From positions 212,102,001 to 212,166,000 of the forward strand of contig OX597814.1 of NCBI GenBank assembly GCA_951406725.2: a stretch of DNA of 64,000 nt. The letters run 5' to 3'. A program made the translations under genes and the position numbers. Below, piece after piece: positions 29,647-43,516 of this stretch (position 1 is the first letter of the stretch; every line of letters begins with the position of its first letter). The stretch is from Octopus vulgaris. Lineage: Eukaryota. The notes below the pieces were generated by a model, which had not been told where the DNA came from, searched no databases, and saw only the letters and a list, made by a program, of their open reading frames with translations.

Positions 29647-30140
29647 ATATATATTTGTATGTAAAAGGAGAGAATTCACTAAAAACAAAAGACGAAGACA
29701 GGTGGTGTAGACAAGAAACATATATTAGTTTAACGCTCGAGCCTACGCTCTTCCACAGAAAGAAACAGGGAGAGAAAATGAAAACCTGTGTGTGTGCATG
29801 TGAGTTTGTGTGTTTTGTATGTATTTTGTCAATGTGTACAACTAACATAAAAAAGTGAATAAATAGTTACAAGGATAGCAGCAATTCACATAAGGGTAAA
29901 GAATGTTACGGCCGACTTATAAAGTTCAGTGAAATGTCTTTGTATCACATACATAAATTAAGAAATAGAGTTAAAGACAGGCGTTATTCAAATCTTTATA
30001 CGTCCGACATACGTTCCGAAGAAAACATTGATATTATTCCGAAGATAACAAAATGATGTAGAACCGTGAAATCATCTCGACAGGGAAAAAAGAGAAACAA
30101 CACATCAATAAACCATTTTAACTGAATGTGATTACCACCT

Positions 30141-30518
30141 TACGTTACAGGGATGTTTGCAAAAGGGATATGAAGGCCTGCAACATCAATATTAGCGGTT
30201 GGGAGGCAGTTGCCGGCAACCGTGGAGAATGGCGACGTACAGTAAAAGAGGGAATACAAAAGAGTGACAGAGAGAGAGAGGAGAAATGGAAAGAAAGGAA
30301 GAGACGTAAACAAGAGACTATGGCACTACAACCAGCCAGGAACAGTCTTCGCTACATTTGCGGTACCTGCCAGAGGGAGTGTTTGTCCAGGATAGGACTA
30401 CACAGCCACAGCAGGACATGTATCAGGACATGAAATATAAAAGCCGGACTAGACTACAAAAAAAAATGCGCAACTCCATTGTCTCCCGAGACAGAAAGGA
30501 TGCCAATACCAATGCCAA
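30141..30518 (+). mobile_element. 5'-truncated RTE-clade LINE with 12-bp TSD
   Basis: LRYRDVCKRDMK..W...A.NRGEWR and terminal C2H2 finger CGTC..CLSRIGLHSHSRTC. Short (tgccaa)-type tail. TSD tgattaccacct at 30129-30140 and 30519-30530. Confidence 0.92.
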
Positions 30519-31374
30519 TGATTACCACCTACTACTTTGCAATTAGTTTAATTACGTTATCTGTACAAATTAATACAATTATATCATGCAAACACAGCCC
30601 AGTAATACCTGAGACGAGGAAGAAATATTAAAAGAGCAATGTTATGAGCGTTTGTTTCACAAATTTGAGGGTGATAATATAGTTCTATACTTTTTTTATG
30701 AAGATAGTTTTATAAACGGATTTATAATATATGTCACCGGCGGTAATCACATTCGGTTAAAATAGATTCTTGGTGTGTTTTGTTTCTCTTTTTCTCCCCC
30801 CACCATGGCGAGTGGCGATAAACATTAAATAAATACATATATTACATGGAAAAATGTGAACAAGCGAAATAATATTCTTAAGATTATATACCTAGAAGAG
30901 TACTGGGTAACAAATAAATGTTATACAGGTATGGAAAAGTGGAGTTTTGTAGATTGCAGATGCTATAATACTAAACTGAGATACTCTGTACATGAGGAGA
31001 CCTATGTAATAAAGAACCTGATAAAATAGAGACTAAGTGACTCTGAGTAACCTGTGAATATACAGTATGGTGCACATGGGATAAATACAAATGGTGGAAA
31101 GAACACATTCACTGATATTTAGAGAAAATAATGCATGCTCAGTGGCGAGGAAGAAAGAGTGAGAGAGACAGGCAGAGAGAGAAAAAGAGAAGTCTAACGG
31201 AGAGAGAAGACTGACAGAGAGAGAGAGAAAGGAGGATTAAAGGAGAAAAAGCGAGAAGAGAGGTGAGAATCGTATGCAATATTCAAGTGTGCCGCACACA
31301 TAATAATCAAGGAGGTTTCTGTCTGTGAATTTAGTTGGCCAGGCGTTAGGAGTGATGTGGTCGCAGAAATATAT

Positions 31375-31514
<140 letters not shown>

Positions 31515-31529
31515 TGTGTTTGTAATACA

Positions 31530-32351
31530 TATATGTACCAAAATTACATAAATATATCTTGAAATATTAAAGATTAAATTTATTGAATAAAACGCCACTG
31601 GCTTCAACCACGGCCTCCAGACGACTTCAGAATGTTCTGCATCTTTTCTGGACGTTCTGCTTCTTTACGTTGGAAAATATTGCCATAATTCTTGCCTTCA
31701 GTTTATATTTGGTGTTACAATGAGTTTTTTGGCCTCTCCCTCAACCACGGGCCACCCATAATAATAAAAAGGGTTTTCACTCTGGGAAGTTAGGTGGCCA
31801 GATGTTAAGGCAGATGTGGTCGTAGAAATTGTCTGACAGCCATGACTGGCTTCTCATGCTTGTGTGAAATGGTACAAAGTCCTGTTACCAGACATAGAGT
31901 GGTCCAGCAGACTCTCTCTTGACACAGATCAGCACTACTTCTTCCTGGCACTTGATGTAGGCTTCGGTGTTGAGATTGAGGCCGTGTGGGAAGATGAATG
32001 GAGGCATAATGTCGCTATCATTAGTGATCACTCCAAACACCATGGTTTTGACTAGATGTTTGACTTTTATCATTCTCGGCACATGCTTTGCGGACATGGC
32101 AAACACTCAGAGTGACAACGAAACACTCTGAAATGTTCGTACCGGAGCTTCCGGCGCGAATGTCAAGCTGTATAGCAATTCGTTTCCAAATTTCTGGCAG
32201 AGTGAAAGGTGCCATGGTGCTGTTCTTCTCACAGACGGTGGCCAGCTAACTCTACTATAGTGTATAGTTGACAAAGTGAAAAAACAAACAATGCGTATGC
32301 ACCAAATAAAAAAAAAATAAATTAGCGACAATTTACTCATCGCAGACTGTA
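31530..32351 (-). mobile_element. Internally deleted Tc1/mariner-superfamily element (DD37D/maT-like)
   Basis: TIR start tacagtctgcgatgagtaaattgtc at 32351. Frames give MVFGVITNDSDIMPPFIFPHGL, YVW*QD..PFH, IWPPNFP and SRLEAVVEASG. Related fragments at ~31280-31372 and 55060-55461. Confidence 0.85.
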
Positions 32352-32444
32352 CATATATATATATACCTGAGCGCCATACTAATACAATTGTTTGTTTATA
32401 TTCCACCTGCCTTCGTCTTTTGTTTATTTTCATAAAGCTTCCCG

Positions 32445-32485
<41 letters not shown>

Positions 32486-33889
32486 TGTATGTATGTATAC
32501 ATGTGTGTATGTATACATAGACACACGCTCATATATATATATATATATATACATACAGAGAGAGGTAAAAAGCAAATAAATAACAAGTATATCAAAGTAC
32601 TAGGGCATTACGGCTGTATCAGGCGGCTCCATTTAATCGAACAATACATTATATATATATATACATATTGTGTGCGTATGAGTGTATATGTGTATTTGCG
32701 TGTGTCTATACGCCAATGCATGCGTGACGTATACTCATGTATATATCTAATATAACATTCATGACATTTCTTCCAAGTTGCATAATGTAATTCAATATAG
32801 ACAAATTAACATTTGTAAATTTGTTACGTTCATAGTTTTAAATACCAGTATTCTAAATTTGAATTCGACAGTAATTAACTTGTTATTTTAAGTTATGCCT
32901 TTCTGCATACTGAAATTTTTCCACTATTGTATTGCATTCTCAACCAGTAATATATTTTCTATATTCAGTTCATTAAAATATAATTGCAGCGTTAAAAATC
33001 GTGTGTCTTCCGTCGAAGATTTATATATATTTTGTTTCGAGAAATGTAATTAATATCATACTGAAGATGTAAATCAATAGAATTAGATACCACTAATTAA
33101 GAGTCATTCAATAAATAAATGTATATTAACAATTTCATGAAATTTTCTATTTGCAATAAAATGGAGGAGAAGGAAGTATAACTGTATATATTTACTGGAA
33201 TTATGCAAGAGCTTTAATTAAATTTGCCTTAGAATTTGTAATAAATATTTCTGTGTAGATTTTTCTAGAAATATAGTTCGTAATTGATTAATTTATATAG
33301 GAATTTTAAGTATATATTACCAGTAAATATAACAATGTTTTATGTTGATTAAAATAATTGATAATCATCCCAGTTTCTTTTACCATTTGAAAAGTTGGCA
33401 TTCAGTTTAACTATTTCGGATTCAATAGCTATTTATACAGCAATCTGAAGAAGCATTTGTATTTATGGACGTAAAGCTGAGAGCTTATGACATTCTAAAT
33501 AACAATATATCCAAGGTATTTTAATAAATGTCAAAAATCCTTCTTCTTGATATATACTTAATTTAGCATGCCATTTATGTCAGGTGTAAAGTAAATATGT
33601 GAACTCGATCTATTAGGTATATTTCCGTTGAAAATGTGTTTAAAAAAGTAATCGAAACAAAACTATATTTACATACACATAGAGAAAATATATGGTACAA
33701 AACATGCTTATCATATTCATATTTGGAAGAAATTTCTTATTTTCAATTGTTAGTGTAACTAAGAATCACATAATATTTTTAAATTTTTAACCATGTGTGT
33801 ATAAATAAATAAATAAATAAATATGTATGTGTAAAAGGGTGAAAAGTAACACGCAAGTTGATATGTATAAGGAAAATAAGACAAGGTAG

Positions 33890-34039
33890 AAAATACTAAA
33901 ATAATTTTATCACGAAATACATTTTGTAAAGGTTAGTACCAGTTTCAGTCATTTCAACATTTTAAAATAAGAAAAACAATTAAATGAATTTTTTTGGAAA
34001 TATTTCTATAGTCTTCAGATAAGTTGGTAATATTCTCTG

Positions 34040-34113
<74 letters not shown>

Positions 34114-34215
34114 TTTGTGAAGGCTCGGTAGAGAGTTGCAGATCTGAAGAAGTAGTGTTTATGGGTGCAGAGAAATGTTTGGGTCTTAAGTTTGATGATT
34201 TAAGCAGCAGAGGCC

Positions 34216-34247
<32 letters not shown>

Positions 34248-35550
34248 AGAAGAAGAAGAAGAAGAAGAAGAAGAAGACGTGTATGGTATGTCCCACTAGT
34301 AGATCTGTCCGTGGAATCTTCTCTCATGATCAAGTGACCTAAATGTGATCTGTTGCGGTTGTAGAAGTTGTGGTCGGAACTGTCGGAAATAAATTCGTGG
34401 GTAGCGACTGTTCTTAATATATCTATCGTTTTTTTTTATATTTGCGTGAGTATTATTCTAAGATCATTTTACTAGTATCGCATGTGATGGGAGCATTCAA
34501 AAGAGGTTTATATTTTGAGATGAAATATGATTCTTTGCTAATGCACTGATTATGCGTAGCATTGCTCCAGAATTTAGAGAGGGAAAAATTCTAAAATATG
34601 TATGTTAATTAGTGACGCAAATCTCGATGTGGTCACTTAGAGCTATTTTTGTGTATTACCGTATTTTAAACGGGAATGCATGTCCGGTCATTCTCTGTGC
34701 TGGAATGTTTTTAGTTTGTCCAATGTATTGCTCTCGACACCCTAAGCAAGTTAATATATCAATTAGATTTTCCAAAGCACACGTGCGAATTTTTCTTTCA
34801 ATTTAAAACTTTGACCCTGTTTGAAGGAGAACTCCGATCCCTCAATTAGGTTAACGCATATACCACAGACTGTTTCGATGTCGTTGAAGAGTGTACTTGG
34901 GCTTGTGTTAGAAAAGTTTTCTAAAGGATGGTGTCGAAGTCTTCATTGTTTAGGCGGTGGTGCGTGGATATGTATGGTAGGGCTTTTGGTCGTAATTCAT
35001 TCTTTAGTTTAGGATATCTGTCGAGACTGCTGAGTTGTAGGGCACGTTGAAAACATATATCATTTAGTGATGGTGGGCAATTCCTACAGATGAGTGCATC
35101 GTTTAACTTGTGTAGGCGTGTGTTCTTGGTGCTTGTATCAGATACTTCATTTCTTTCTTCTTCTTCTTCTTCTTCTTCTTCTTCTTCTTCTTCTTCTCCT
35201 TCTTCTCCTTCTCCACCTTCTTCTCCTTTTTCAGCATCTTCTTCAGCTGCTGCTGCTTAAACAATCAAACTTCAGAGTCAAACATTTCTCTACACGCATA
35301 AAGACGATTTCTTTAGATCTGCTACTACCTACCGAGCCTTCACGAAAGAAAATTGAGATAGACAGAAAAAGGAAAATATCCTACATATTTGAAGACTATG
35401 AAAATAATTTACAACACCTTTCATTTAAATTTTTTATTCATTTTAATTGTTTTCCTTATTTGACTCTCAGTCGAAAAAAGTCGAAAAGTCTGAAACCGAT
35501 ACTAAACTTTACAAAATGTATTTCATGATAAAATTATTTCAGCATTTCCT
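33890..35550 (-). mobile_element. Penelope-like element remnant (Neptune-type GIY-YIG) bounded by ~390-bp inverted repeats
   Basis: 33890-34277 and 35150-35550 are diverged inverted copies, including (GAA)n/(TTC)n. The interior minus strand encodes CVNLIEGSEFSFKQGQSFKLKEKF / TCALENLIDILTCLGCREQYIGQTK. Confidence 0.8.
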
Positions 35551-36290
35551 TATATATATATATATATATATATTACACAGAGGTGTGTACATGCGTCGAA
35601 GTTTGTATGTTTTTGTATGAGTGCGTATCATTTTGTCTTTTGTCATGTCATTTTCTTTATATACATGCATCAATTCGGTAGAAATTATTCTTACATTTTC
35701 TCTTCAGTAATATGCATGCTCCGCATTATACCATACAATTATATACTCAAAATGAATTTAAAACTAAGTCGTCAGACCAGAAGAATATCATGGTTACACC
35801 AAAGATTGTATTGGTGAGATAATGTATTTACTTTTCTGTTATCTATAAAAGATGAAAGAAAGATGCACTGGAATATTGATGAGAAACATTTTTCACAACT
35901 TTCGTAATGAATTGCAGTTGATTTCCTAAAATATAAATATCTACCCTCACGCGCGCGAACGCGAGCACGTTTGTTTGCTTCCTAATATTCAAAATTATTT
36001 CTTTCCTTACGATACATGTCGTTTGGCATAAAATTATTTTGTTGCATGCTTTTTCATGAAAAGATTTATCAAAATTATGCTAACCACTAATAGGAGGCAT
36101 AATTTGTATCCACTTATGTACGTAGATATAATACGGAGTCGAAATCGGTCACGTCTTCATTTCGCATCCAACAAAACGTAAAAAATAACACTTAGGAAAC
36201 TTCCACTATTTTTTTGTCAATTCTTTTGCAATAATCTCCCTCCTAACATTTAGGTGTATAATCATGGATATCATTATACATGTATGCATG

Positions 36291-36343
<53 letters not shown>

Positions 36344-36369
36344 GCACTTATATATTCTTTTATTATTTT

Positions 36370-36972
36370 GCAACTTTCAGTCATGTTGAATGTGGCCATG
36401 CTACAGAGCTGCGTTTTATTCGAAGAAATCGACCCCAGGACTTTTTCTTAGTAATACTGGTACTTATTCTATCGGTATCTTTTGCCGACCTGCTACGTTG
36501 TGTTGACGTAAACACACTAACAGTGGTTGTCAATCGATGGTGGGGGACCAAATACAGACACATACACAGGAACATATACACACACACACACAAACGCGCA
36601 GACACACACAATCACACACACACACATATAGATATATAAATATAATCAAAATAAGCAATAGGTATCAAGCGGCTCCACTTAATTGAACAATTACAATACA
36701 ATTTAAATGCAGTGTCATCTTCCGCTGTACAAATATTTAAATATAATTTTAAAAAGTCGAACACTTACTATAATTTTTCTCACATATTTTAACAGAGCGA
36801 GAATATATATATATATATGACGGGCTTCCTTCAGTTTCCATCCACTCAAAAGGCTTTGATCGCCCCGAGGCTATAGTAGAAAACACTTTCCCAAGATGCC
36901 ACGCGATGGGGCAGGACCCCGAACCATACGGTTGGGAAGGAAGCTGCTTAGGACACAACCACGCCTGCGCCT
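36370..36972 (-). mobile_element. tRNA-derived SINE interrupted by a ~180-bp insert in its internal microsatellite
   Basis: 36370-36630 and 36818-36972 match the two halves of 38830-39250. Confidence 0.75.
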
Positions 36973-37729
36973 ATATATATGTTATATATGTATATATTTA
37001 TATAATTGTCGCTAGTTATAATATCAGTGCTGTACTGTCTATAGATATAGATTGTAGCTCATAAATAACGCAACCATTGACATATATTTAGCTTTCATAT
37101 AGTAAGATATAGAACCAGAAGCATTGTACAACTTGCAAATTCGGGAAAGCAAATTCTATTAGAAATGACATATATTCCAGTCTTAGGTAGCAGGAAAATT
37201 TCAATAACAAACTGATTGTATGCATAAAATTCTCATGAATAATCTCCAAAGTTTCAGTCTATTGTATTTATCATATCTTAGTCAATACAAAATCTATAGA
37301 CGCTTGGTTTCCAACAAATCAAGTTCAATAAGCGCAATAGAACAAAATGTGTAACTGATCCTATGTCGAGAATACAGCTCACTTCTTTCTACAGCTGTAC
37401 GGTATCACCTACTTAGTAACGTCATACAGTTATGTACTTAGAAAACATTACTACCTCCCACTAAATTCCACACTGCACATGTTTCGGAATCTGGTGCATC
37501 ACCAGTGATGTACCAGAAATACACTTTCCGCTCCAGAACAATGATACCTGTGACTAGAAGTCTCATTAAATAGAAAGAGCATTCACAAAATGACAAGATA
37601 CTGATAGATATAACCATGAATTTCACTCTGAAATGCAGCATGAAAAGCATTTCGTAAAAGTACTACACATGCACTCATGCACTTTTCTTCTCACGCACAT
37701 TTCATGTTAAATGAGACAATTACTGTAGG

Positions 37730-37905
37730 AATGTTCTGAAAATATAGGATTTTCCGACGAAGAAGTAGGGTAAAAATGTTGAAATGGAAGGGAAAGAGGC
37801 TGCGATTTCCAGAAGGGTGCATATGAGGAGAGAGAGAGAGAAATCAGAGACGTGATCAATTTGCCGGACACAGATAAGGGTAGCATGGGCAAGGATGGAG
37901 AAATA
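37730..37905 (-). mobile_element. Fragment of the Penelope-like RT-thumb region (copy of 42600-42795)
   Basis: High similarity to 42600-42795 (ggattttccgacgaagaagtag...ggatggagaaatat). Confidence 0.7.
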
Positions 37906-38312
37906 TTTTATTCTATTTATTATAAGCTCGTATATCAAGAAGGCTGTTTTAAGATCTACAAACAGTTATTCATTTATTTATTCATTTGCCATACCTGCAT
38001 ACGAATTTCAATGTAACCATCATCTCTGATGAAAAAATTCCGTAAAATCCATTAAATTGTTTTTGTTTTAAATATGGTTCAGAAGAACAAAATATATTTT
38101 AGTTTTTATATAACATCGGTACATCTAGACAGAAAGACATTTTCAGACGTTAGTCATTACAAAGTATATATTTCACATGTGGGAGGGGCTTTCTTGCCCG
38201 GATTGGCCTCACCAGCCACGTCCGGTCTCATAGCAGCAATTCCACTAAATGATGTCAATGGTCATCTTCGAACCCGAAGGACGAACATTATTATTATATA
38301 TTTCATGATATA

Positions 38313-38714
38313 TCTTTATATATAAAAGTCAAGTTGTGTGTCTGTCTCCTACGATTTAGATTCCTAACTACTCCCACATTTTGCAGTGCAGTTTAACCAA
38401 AACCGGGTATCTTATAGTCGTGATTCATATCGAGCCCTTCTGGGTATTAGCGCGCGTCTACGATAGGTCTACGATTTAAAACAAAAATTACCATAATTTG
38501 TTTCCATTTTAATGCATTCTTTTCGATATTATATAAGGGAAGTAACTCTCTAAAAATGTCTACGATGAGTCAACGATTTAAGAAAAAAATTACCTTCATT
38601 TTTTTTTTTCCATTTTAATGCATTTTCTTTGCTATTTTTTGGCTATAACTCTCTAAGAATGCTTATATAGTTATTTCCCTTACAAACACGAGCAACGCCG
38701 AGCGATACTGCTAG
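38313..38714 (+). mobile_element. Non-autonomous Helitron-like element
   Basis: A|TC start, CTAG|T end, subterminal hairpin-like cgagcaacgccg, no TSD. Second copy at 57837-58234. Confidence 0.85.
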
Positions 38715-38829
38715 TCAAACAATAAATGTCTAAGCTTCCGTGCAAACTAAGAGATTGTGACATGACCTAGAATTTAGTGAATACTAGAGGTAGACTAAAA
38801 GGAATCAAATACAACTGAAGGAGACTATA

Positions 38830-39250
38830 CTCTTTACTCTCTTTTACTCTTTTACTTGTTTCAGTCATTTGACTGCGGCCACGCTGGAGCACCGCCTTTA
38901 GTCGAGCAAACCGACCCCGGGACTTATTCTTTGAAAGCCCAGTACTTATTATATCGGTCTCTTTTGCCGAACCGCTAAGTAACGGGGACGTAAACACACC
39001 AGCATCAGTTGTCAAGCAATGCTAGGGGGACAAACACAGACACACAAACATATACACACACACTTATATATACATATACATATATACGACAGGCTTCTTT
39101 CAGTTTCCGTCTACCAAATCGACTCACAAGGTATTGGTCGGCCCGAGGCTATAGCAGAAGACAGTTGCCCAAGATGCCACGCAGTGGGGCTGAACCTGGA
39201 ACCATATGGTTGGTTAGCAAGCTACTTACCACACAGCCACTCCTGCGCCT
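38830..39250 (-). mobile_element. tRNA-derived SINE with a CORE-like segment and short tandem tail
   Basis: Minus strand shows box A/B-like motifs (tggctgtgtggt; ggttcagccc), then cttgggcaactgtctt, internal (TG/TA)n and an (agagtaa) tail. Several copies in the window. Confidence 0.85.
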
Positions 39251-40715
39251 AATATACTTTATGAAACAATCATCCCCATACATTAGAAAACCGGTACATC
39301 AGGATATATCGTGTCATGGGCTTGCAAATTGATTGTTCCAAATCGAAAACATGACTCAGTTTATTAAAAGCATGCTATAAAATAATACAATTTTCAAATA
39401 GTTCATTCACTTAAAACAGTCATGAAACAGAAGGTTAAGAGCACTAGTACACAACATATAAAAACATATAAATTCCTGTTTGAGGCGACGTATCCTACTT
39501 TGTGCAACAGCGTAGAAGAGGTAGACAATTCTATAAAATGTCACTTTGGTTAACTTCATTTATATATGAGATAATCTTAATCTTTTATTGCATTTGTTTC
39601 AACATTCATGTTAAAACGATTTGATTTACGCCAAATCGCAATACTTTCATTTAAACACTCGTAGACATTTGGTATCTCTTCTTATTTATTTTTGTTTGAT
39701 TTTTGCTTTCTATATTAAAATCAATATGATGTTTGTTTTAGCCTTCAATGCAAGTCTCTTCGTTATCGTACGACGTAATAACACCAAACAATTGTCTCAT
39801 GCCAGCATTGATATATTCATGGCTTTCTAACACGCATCCGCGTACACACACACATGAACACCCACGCTCACACCTCCCCCACATGAACACCCACGCTCAC
39901 ACACACCCACATAACATGAGAGAAATTTCAAATCGTACACAACCATGTAAGTTATTTGTTTGAAAGCCTTATCCTTGGAGGTCCAAAGTGCTAATTATTT
40001 TCAACTAAATTTACATGACGAAGGTTCAGTCATCAGAACGCTAAATTATTATATCTTAGATTTTCAAAGTAAGTGATGTTAACTATATGATTATGCGTGG
40101 GATCTCATTAAAGACTCTGACTCTATTTTCTCCAACGCCCACATCAGAGCTGAATTATGTGATCTCACGGTTACAAATCATCCACTGTTACAAACCATCC
40201 AAATGTGATGACTTATGTTACGAAATCACACAAAATTTGGCCCACGGCTTTCACAAAACTGCAAATCACATCGTATAGCAACATTGCGACACAGATGGTT
40301 TACCATTGTGTACATTTGATATGTTTAAGTAAGCAAAAAAGGAAAAACTTCCATAACTTTCAAACGATACTTGGAAAAATTCATCCAAAAACTGCAACAC
40401 AAACCACAGAGAATTCGATATATCATTGTGAAACTTAACTCCCAGGTGGACAATAATGGCCCAAAGTTATGTTTGTTCAAGTTTATCCACACACACACAC
40501 ACACACTCCTATAAGTGTGTGTGTGTATACATATATACATTTATATATATATATATATGTGTGTATATATATACGTTATATACATATATATATATATATA
40601 TATATACGTTATATACATATATATAGTGTGTGTGTATGTATGTGTGTATATGCATATAGATGCATATGCATATGTATATATAGATATTTTATATGCATAT
40701 ATATCATATGTGTGA

Positions 40716-40930
40716 AGGCGTGTGACCTAGTGGCTAGGTTGTTGCACTCGATCGTTCGATTCCCCTGTAGGCGTGTTGTGGTTTTGAGCAAAACACTGCA
40801 TTTCACGTTGCTCTAGTCTCTATTTCGATGTAGTGGCAGGAACATTGGCCTAGCCCTCTAGCCGGTGGAATGGCGTGACTGCAATGCAAAGCGAATTGTG
40901 ACCAGTGATGTGTAACAACATTTCCGATTG
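40716..40930 (+). mobile_element. Degenerate tRNA-derived SINE
   Basis: ggcgtgtgacctagtggctagg..gttcgattccc..gttttgagcaaaacactgcatttcacgttgctctagtc resembles the reverse complement of 58375-58503. Confidence 0.65.
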
Positions 40931-41777
40931 ATCACATGATCATATTCTATATTATAGCTGTTTGTGTATGTATGTCTATAGGTAGAGTCCAGGTAAGATT
41001 GCTTCTTTTGACGAAATGTTAATAGGTGTATACAATAAGTGCTCAGATAGATTTACCACCTAAAGGTCCAACTTGATCTGCGACAAATTGGTGCTGTAGC
41101 TACATTAAAATGAATGGTTATACGTTGTTTATAATTCAATGGATACATGTTCAGTTGCAAGAATGGATGCACGCGCAAACAGTTCTATTGTAGCAACACT
41201 ACAATTTCCTTTAGATACATGAATTCCATGCTCTAAGCCTATATAATGTGTTTGCCCGTTAACTTTTTTCTTTTATTGCGTGGCGATTATAATTCCAATA
41301 AATCATTCCCCGTTCTGTAGATAGGGGAATGGCCCGTAGATATACACGTTAGCTGCTATTGTTCAATAAGCAAAATCCGAAACTAATCACACGTTGCCCT
41401 TTGGAAAAGCATAACATCCGTCAGCCACACTCTCAGGGTCACACTGATATCCTAAAACTCTGTAAAGATTGCGAATGGCAGTAGAGAATGAAACGCAAGG
41501 CATAAAAATTAATTTGATAGCACTGGATTTCTTTCCACTTCGCAGAACGTATTAGTTATAGGTATCTATATCTAAAACAAACAGCCAACTTTTCTGGCAC
41601 TGTAATTTTCGATAGGACCTGTGAACATAGACGAGGAATTAACGATTGAAAGGTATTCCCTAGCTCGCGTTACCTTCCGAATCTAAATACGTATCTCACG
41701 TCACGCAGTCAAAGAAGGAGTACGTTCTGCTGTGCTCTTGGTTATGGCTTATTGTTAAAAAAATCACCTACAGAACC

Positions 41778-42159
41778 TGGAAGCACTCCGTCGGTTACGA
41801 CGATGGGGGTTCCGGTTGATCCGACCAACGGAACAGCCTGCTCGTGAAATTAATGTGTAAGTGGCTGAGCACTCCACAGACACGTGTACCCTTAACGTAG
41901 TTATCGGGGATATTCAGCGTGACACAGAGAGTGACAAGGCCGGCCCTTTGAAATACAGGTACAACAGAAACGGGAAGTAAGAGTGAGAGAAAGTTGTGGT
42001 GAAAGAGTACAGCAGGGATCACCACCATCCCCTGCCGGAGCCTCGTGGAGCTTTAGGTGTTTTCGCTCAATAAACACTCACAACGCCCGGTCTGGGAGTC
42101 GAAACCGCGATCCTACGACCGCGAGTCCGCTACCCTAACCACTGGGCCATTGCGCCTCC
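41778..42159 (-). mobile_element. tRNA-derived SINE, well preserved
   Basis: Minus-strand head tggaggcgcaatggcccagtggttagg..ggtttcgactccc. Possible TSD cagaacc on both sides. Degenerate relatives at ~43140-43260 and ~48045-48350. Confidence 0.85.
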
Positions 42160-42489
42160 AGAACCAAACACAAATATTTGAAGTACACGCAAAATTCACT
42201 TGCCTCCGAGGTGTAAGGCAAGGCCGAACATTGAAAAGTGATGTGAGATAGGATTGATGAAACTGAAGTGAGAGATATCCGCCACTTCACTTCATGATAT
42301 CAGCCCCAACGTATTTTTCTGCAGAAGGATATCTCGTAGATGTTGGATGATTCTCTTAGTTAGCAGCAGAATGCCTAAAATATAAAGGCCCGCAAAGAGT
42401 ATATTTAAGACATAAATTATGTTAGTTGAGATATAAGAATGTATCCCAAATGTGAGCAGTGTGTTGGATAGTTCTAGTGAGGAGGTTGT

Positions 42490-42960
42490 GTTGATGATGA
42501 AAGGTCAAGTCCAAGATGGGTGAGAGTGGGGATGGGAGGTAACTACGGAGAAGTAGGACGCGCAAATTTCGGGCGCATTTGAAGGAGGGAAACGGGGGGT
42601 GCTAGGATCTGATGTGCGAAGTCCGAAGGATTTTCCGACGAAGAAGTAGAGTAAAATGTTGAAATGGAAGGGAAAGGGGCTGCGATTGCCAGAAGGGTGC
42701 ATATGAGGAGAGAGAGAGAGAGAGAGAGAAATCAGAGACGTGATCAATCTTCCGGACACGGATAAGGGTAGCATGGGCAAGGATGGAGAAATATCCACAA
42801 TTAGTGAAGTGATGAACGAAATATTGATATTGAGTTTCTAAATCCTGGCCATGGTTACTCAGACGTGGAACACGGAGAAGCAAGAAGTAGAGGAGGGCTC
42901 CTTTGGTCTTGGAGTTTGAGGAGAGGAATGTTCGTGTTAGAGACGGGAACCAGTAGGATT
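42490..42960 (-). mobile_element. Penelope-like (Neptune-type) RT-thumb/linker remnant
   Basis: TKGALLYFLLLRVPRLSNHGQDLETQ..HFTNCGY..AHATLIRVRKIDH..PFQHFTLLLRRKILR..DPST resembles the PLE thumb pattern (IPYSQxLRLRRLCS..F..RGYP..RA..IDR). Confidence 0.7.
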
Positions 42961-43470
42961 CGAGAAAGAGACACATAAACATATATCACGATCCGAGAGA
43001 AAGACAGAATTATAATGTGAGAGATAGAGGGAAAAACAGAATTATATAGTGAGAGAGAGAGAGAGAAAGAGAGAGGGAGGTAGAGAGTTAGAGAGAGAGG
43101 GAGAGAGAGAGAGAGATCTTCTCGGTCACATTTTTCGAACATGATTCTGCTGTTCGATCAGCTGAACGACCATGTTCAGTGAACCGGAGTGGATGTAGTT
43201 GAGCTTTCTAGCGACATGTTTGTCTCAAATCTAACCAGCGTGACACACTGTAACAAGGCAGGAAATTTGAATCCTAGGCTTATGCCACCTGTCTTCTTAA
43301 TAATCCATTCATACGTTATGGCTGACCATTATGCTATAGAAAATTACACACATTCAAGTTACATCGATGTAAATTGGGATTAAATAGCTAATGCATGCGA
43401 ATCGAACATCTTACGCATTGTTTCAAACTAGATCTATATGTGTGTGTTCGTGTTTGTGTCAGCATGCATG

Positions 43471-43516
<46 letters not shown>

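Noticed and set aside
42085-42159. tRNA gene (also the heads at ~58430-58503 and ~39180-39250)
   Set aside because: tRNA-like boxes run directly into SINE bodies present in several copies, with no clean cloverleaf plus terminator.
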